The position numbers were made by a program, and so were the translations under genes. Below are positions 63,952 to 64,000 of a stretch of 64,000 nucleotides of DNA, in pieces. The stretch spans positions 2,622,414 through 2,686,413 of the forward strand of contig NW_003314266.1 of the NCBI RefSeq assembly GCF_000143415.4. The letters run 5' to 3'. Each line of letters begins with the position of its first letter. Within the stretch, counting starts at the first letter, position 1. This DNA comes from Selaginella moellendorffii. Lineage: Eukaryota > Plantae > Lycopodiophyta. The notes below the pieces were generated by a model that did not search any database, was not told the DNA's origin, and saw only the letters and a program-made list of their open reading frames with translations.

Positions 63952-64000
63952 CTTAAAACTACGAAAGGTACGCTGTTTTTACTTTCATCTCTTTATTTAC

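Overview
Eukaryotic nuclear DNA from a land plant. The 50-70 bp GT-AG introns, tight gene packing and many PLS-class PPR genes suggest the lycophyte Selaginella (inferred, not verified). Bases 1-24,500 are AT-rich and filled with decayed repeats: two TRIM-like mini LTR elements, other LTR-like repeats, tandem and inverted duplications, and two assembly gaps. Two intact-looking genes sit inside this region: POP4/Rpp29, and an unusual 3-exon gene encoding a Crinkler-like P-loop NTPase, a restriction-endonuclease-like region and a C-terminal PHD finger. That fusion gene is the best candidate for something undescribed. Bases 25,000-64,000 are gene-dense: UPF0114, a truncated FANCE-like gene, PPR, plastid IF3, shugoshin, CAF1, a SURP/SRI-like protein, CAX, UMP-CMP kinase, kinesin-7-RING, an intronless CYP59, a large PPR-E, a conserved secreted protein with a permuted NlpC/P60-like signature, and NOP56. 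At about 49.8-55.7 kb there is a mosaic of gene fragments (PPR, ACCase twice, PWP2, F-box) with a hAT-type MITE, a perfect 44-bp palindrome and a repeat-built orphan ORF. All family calls come from motif recognition by eye; no searches were run.
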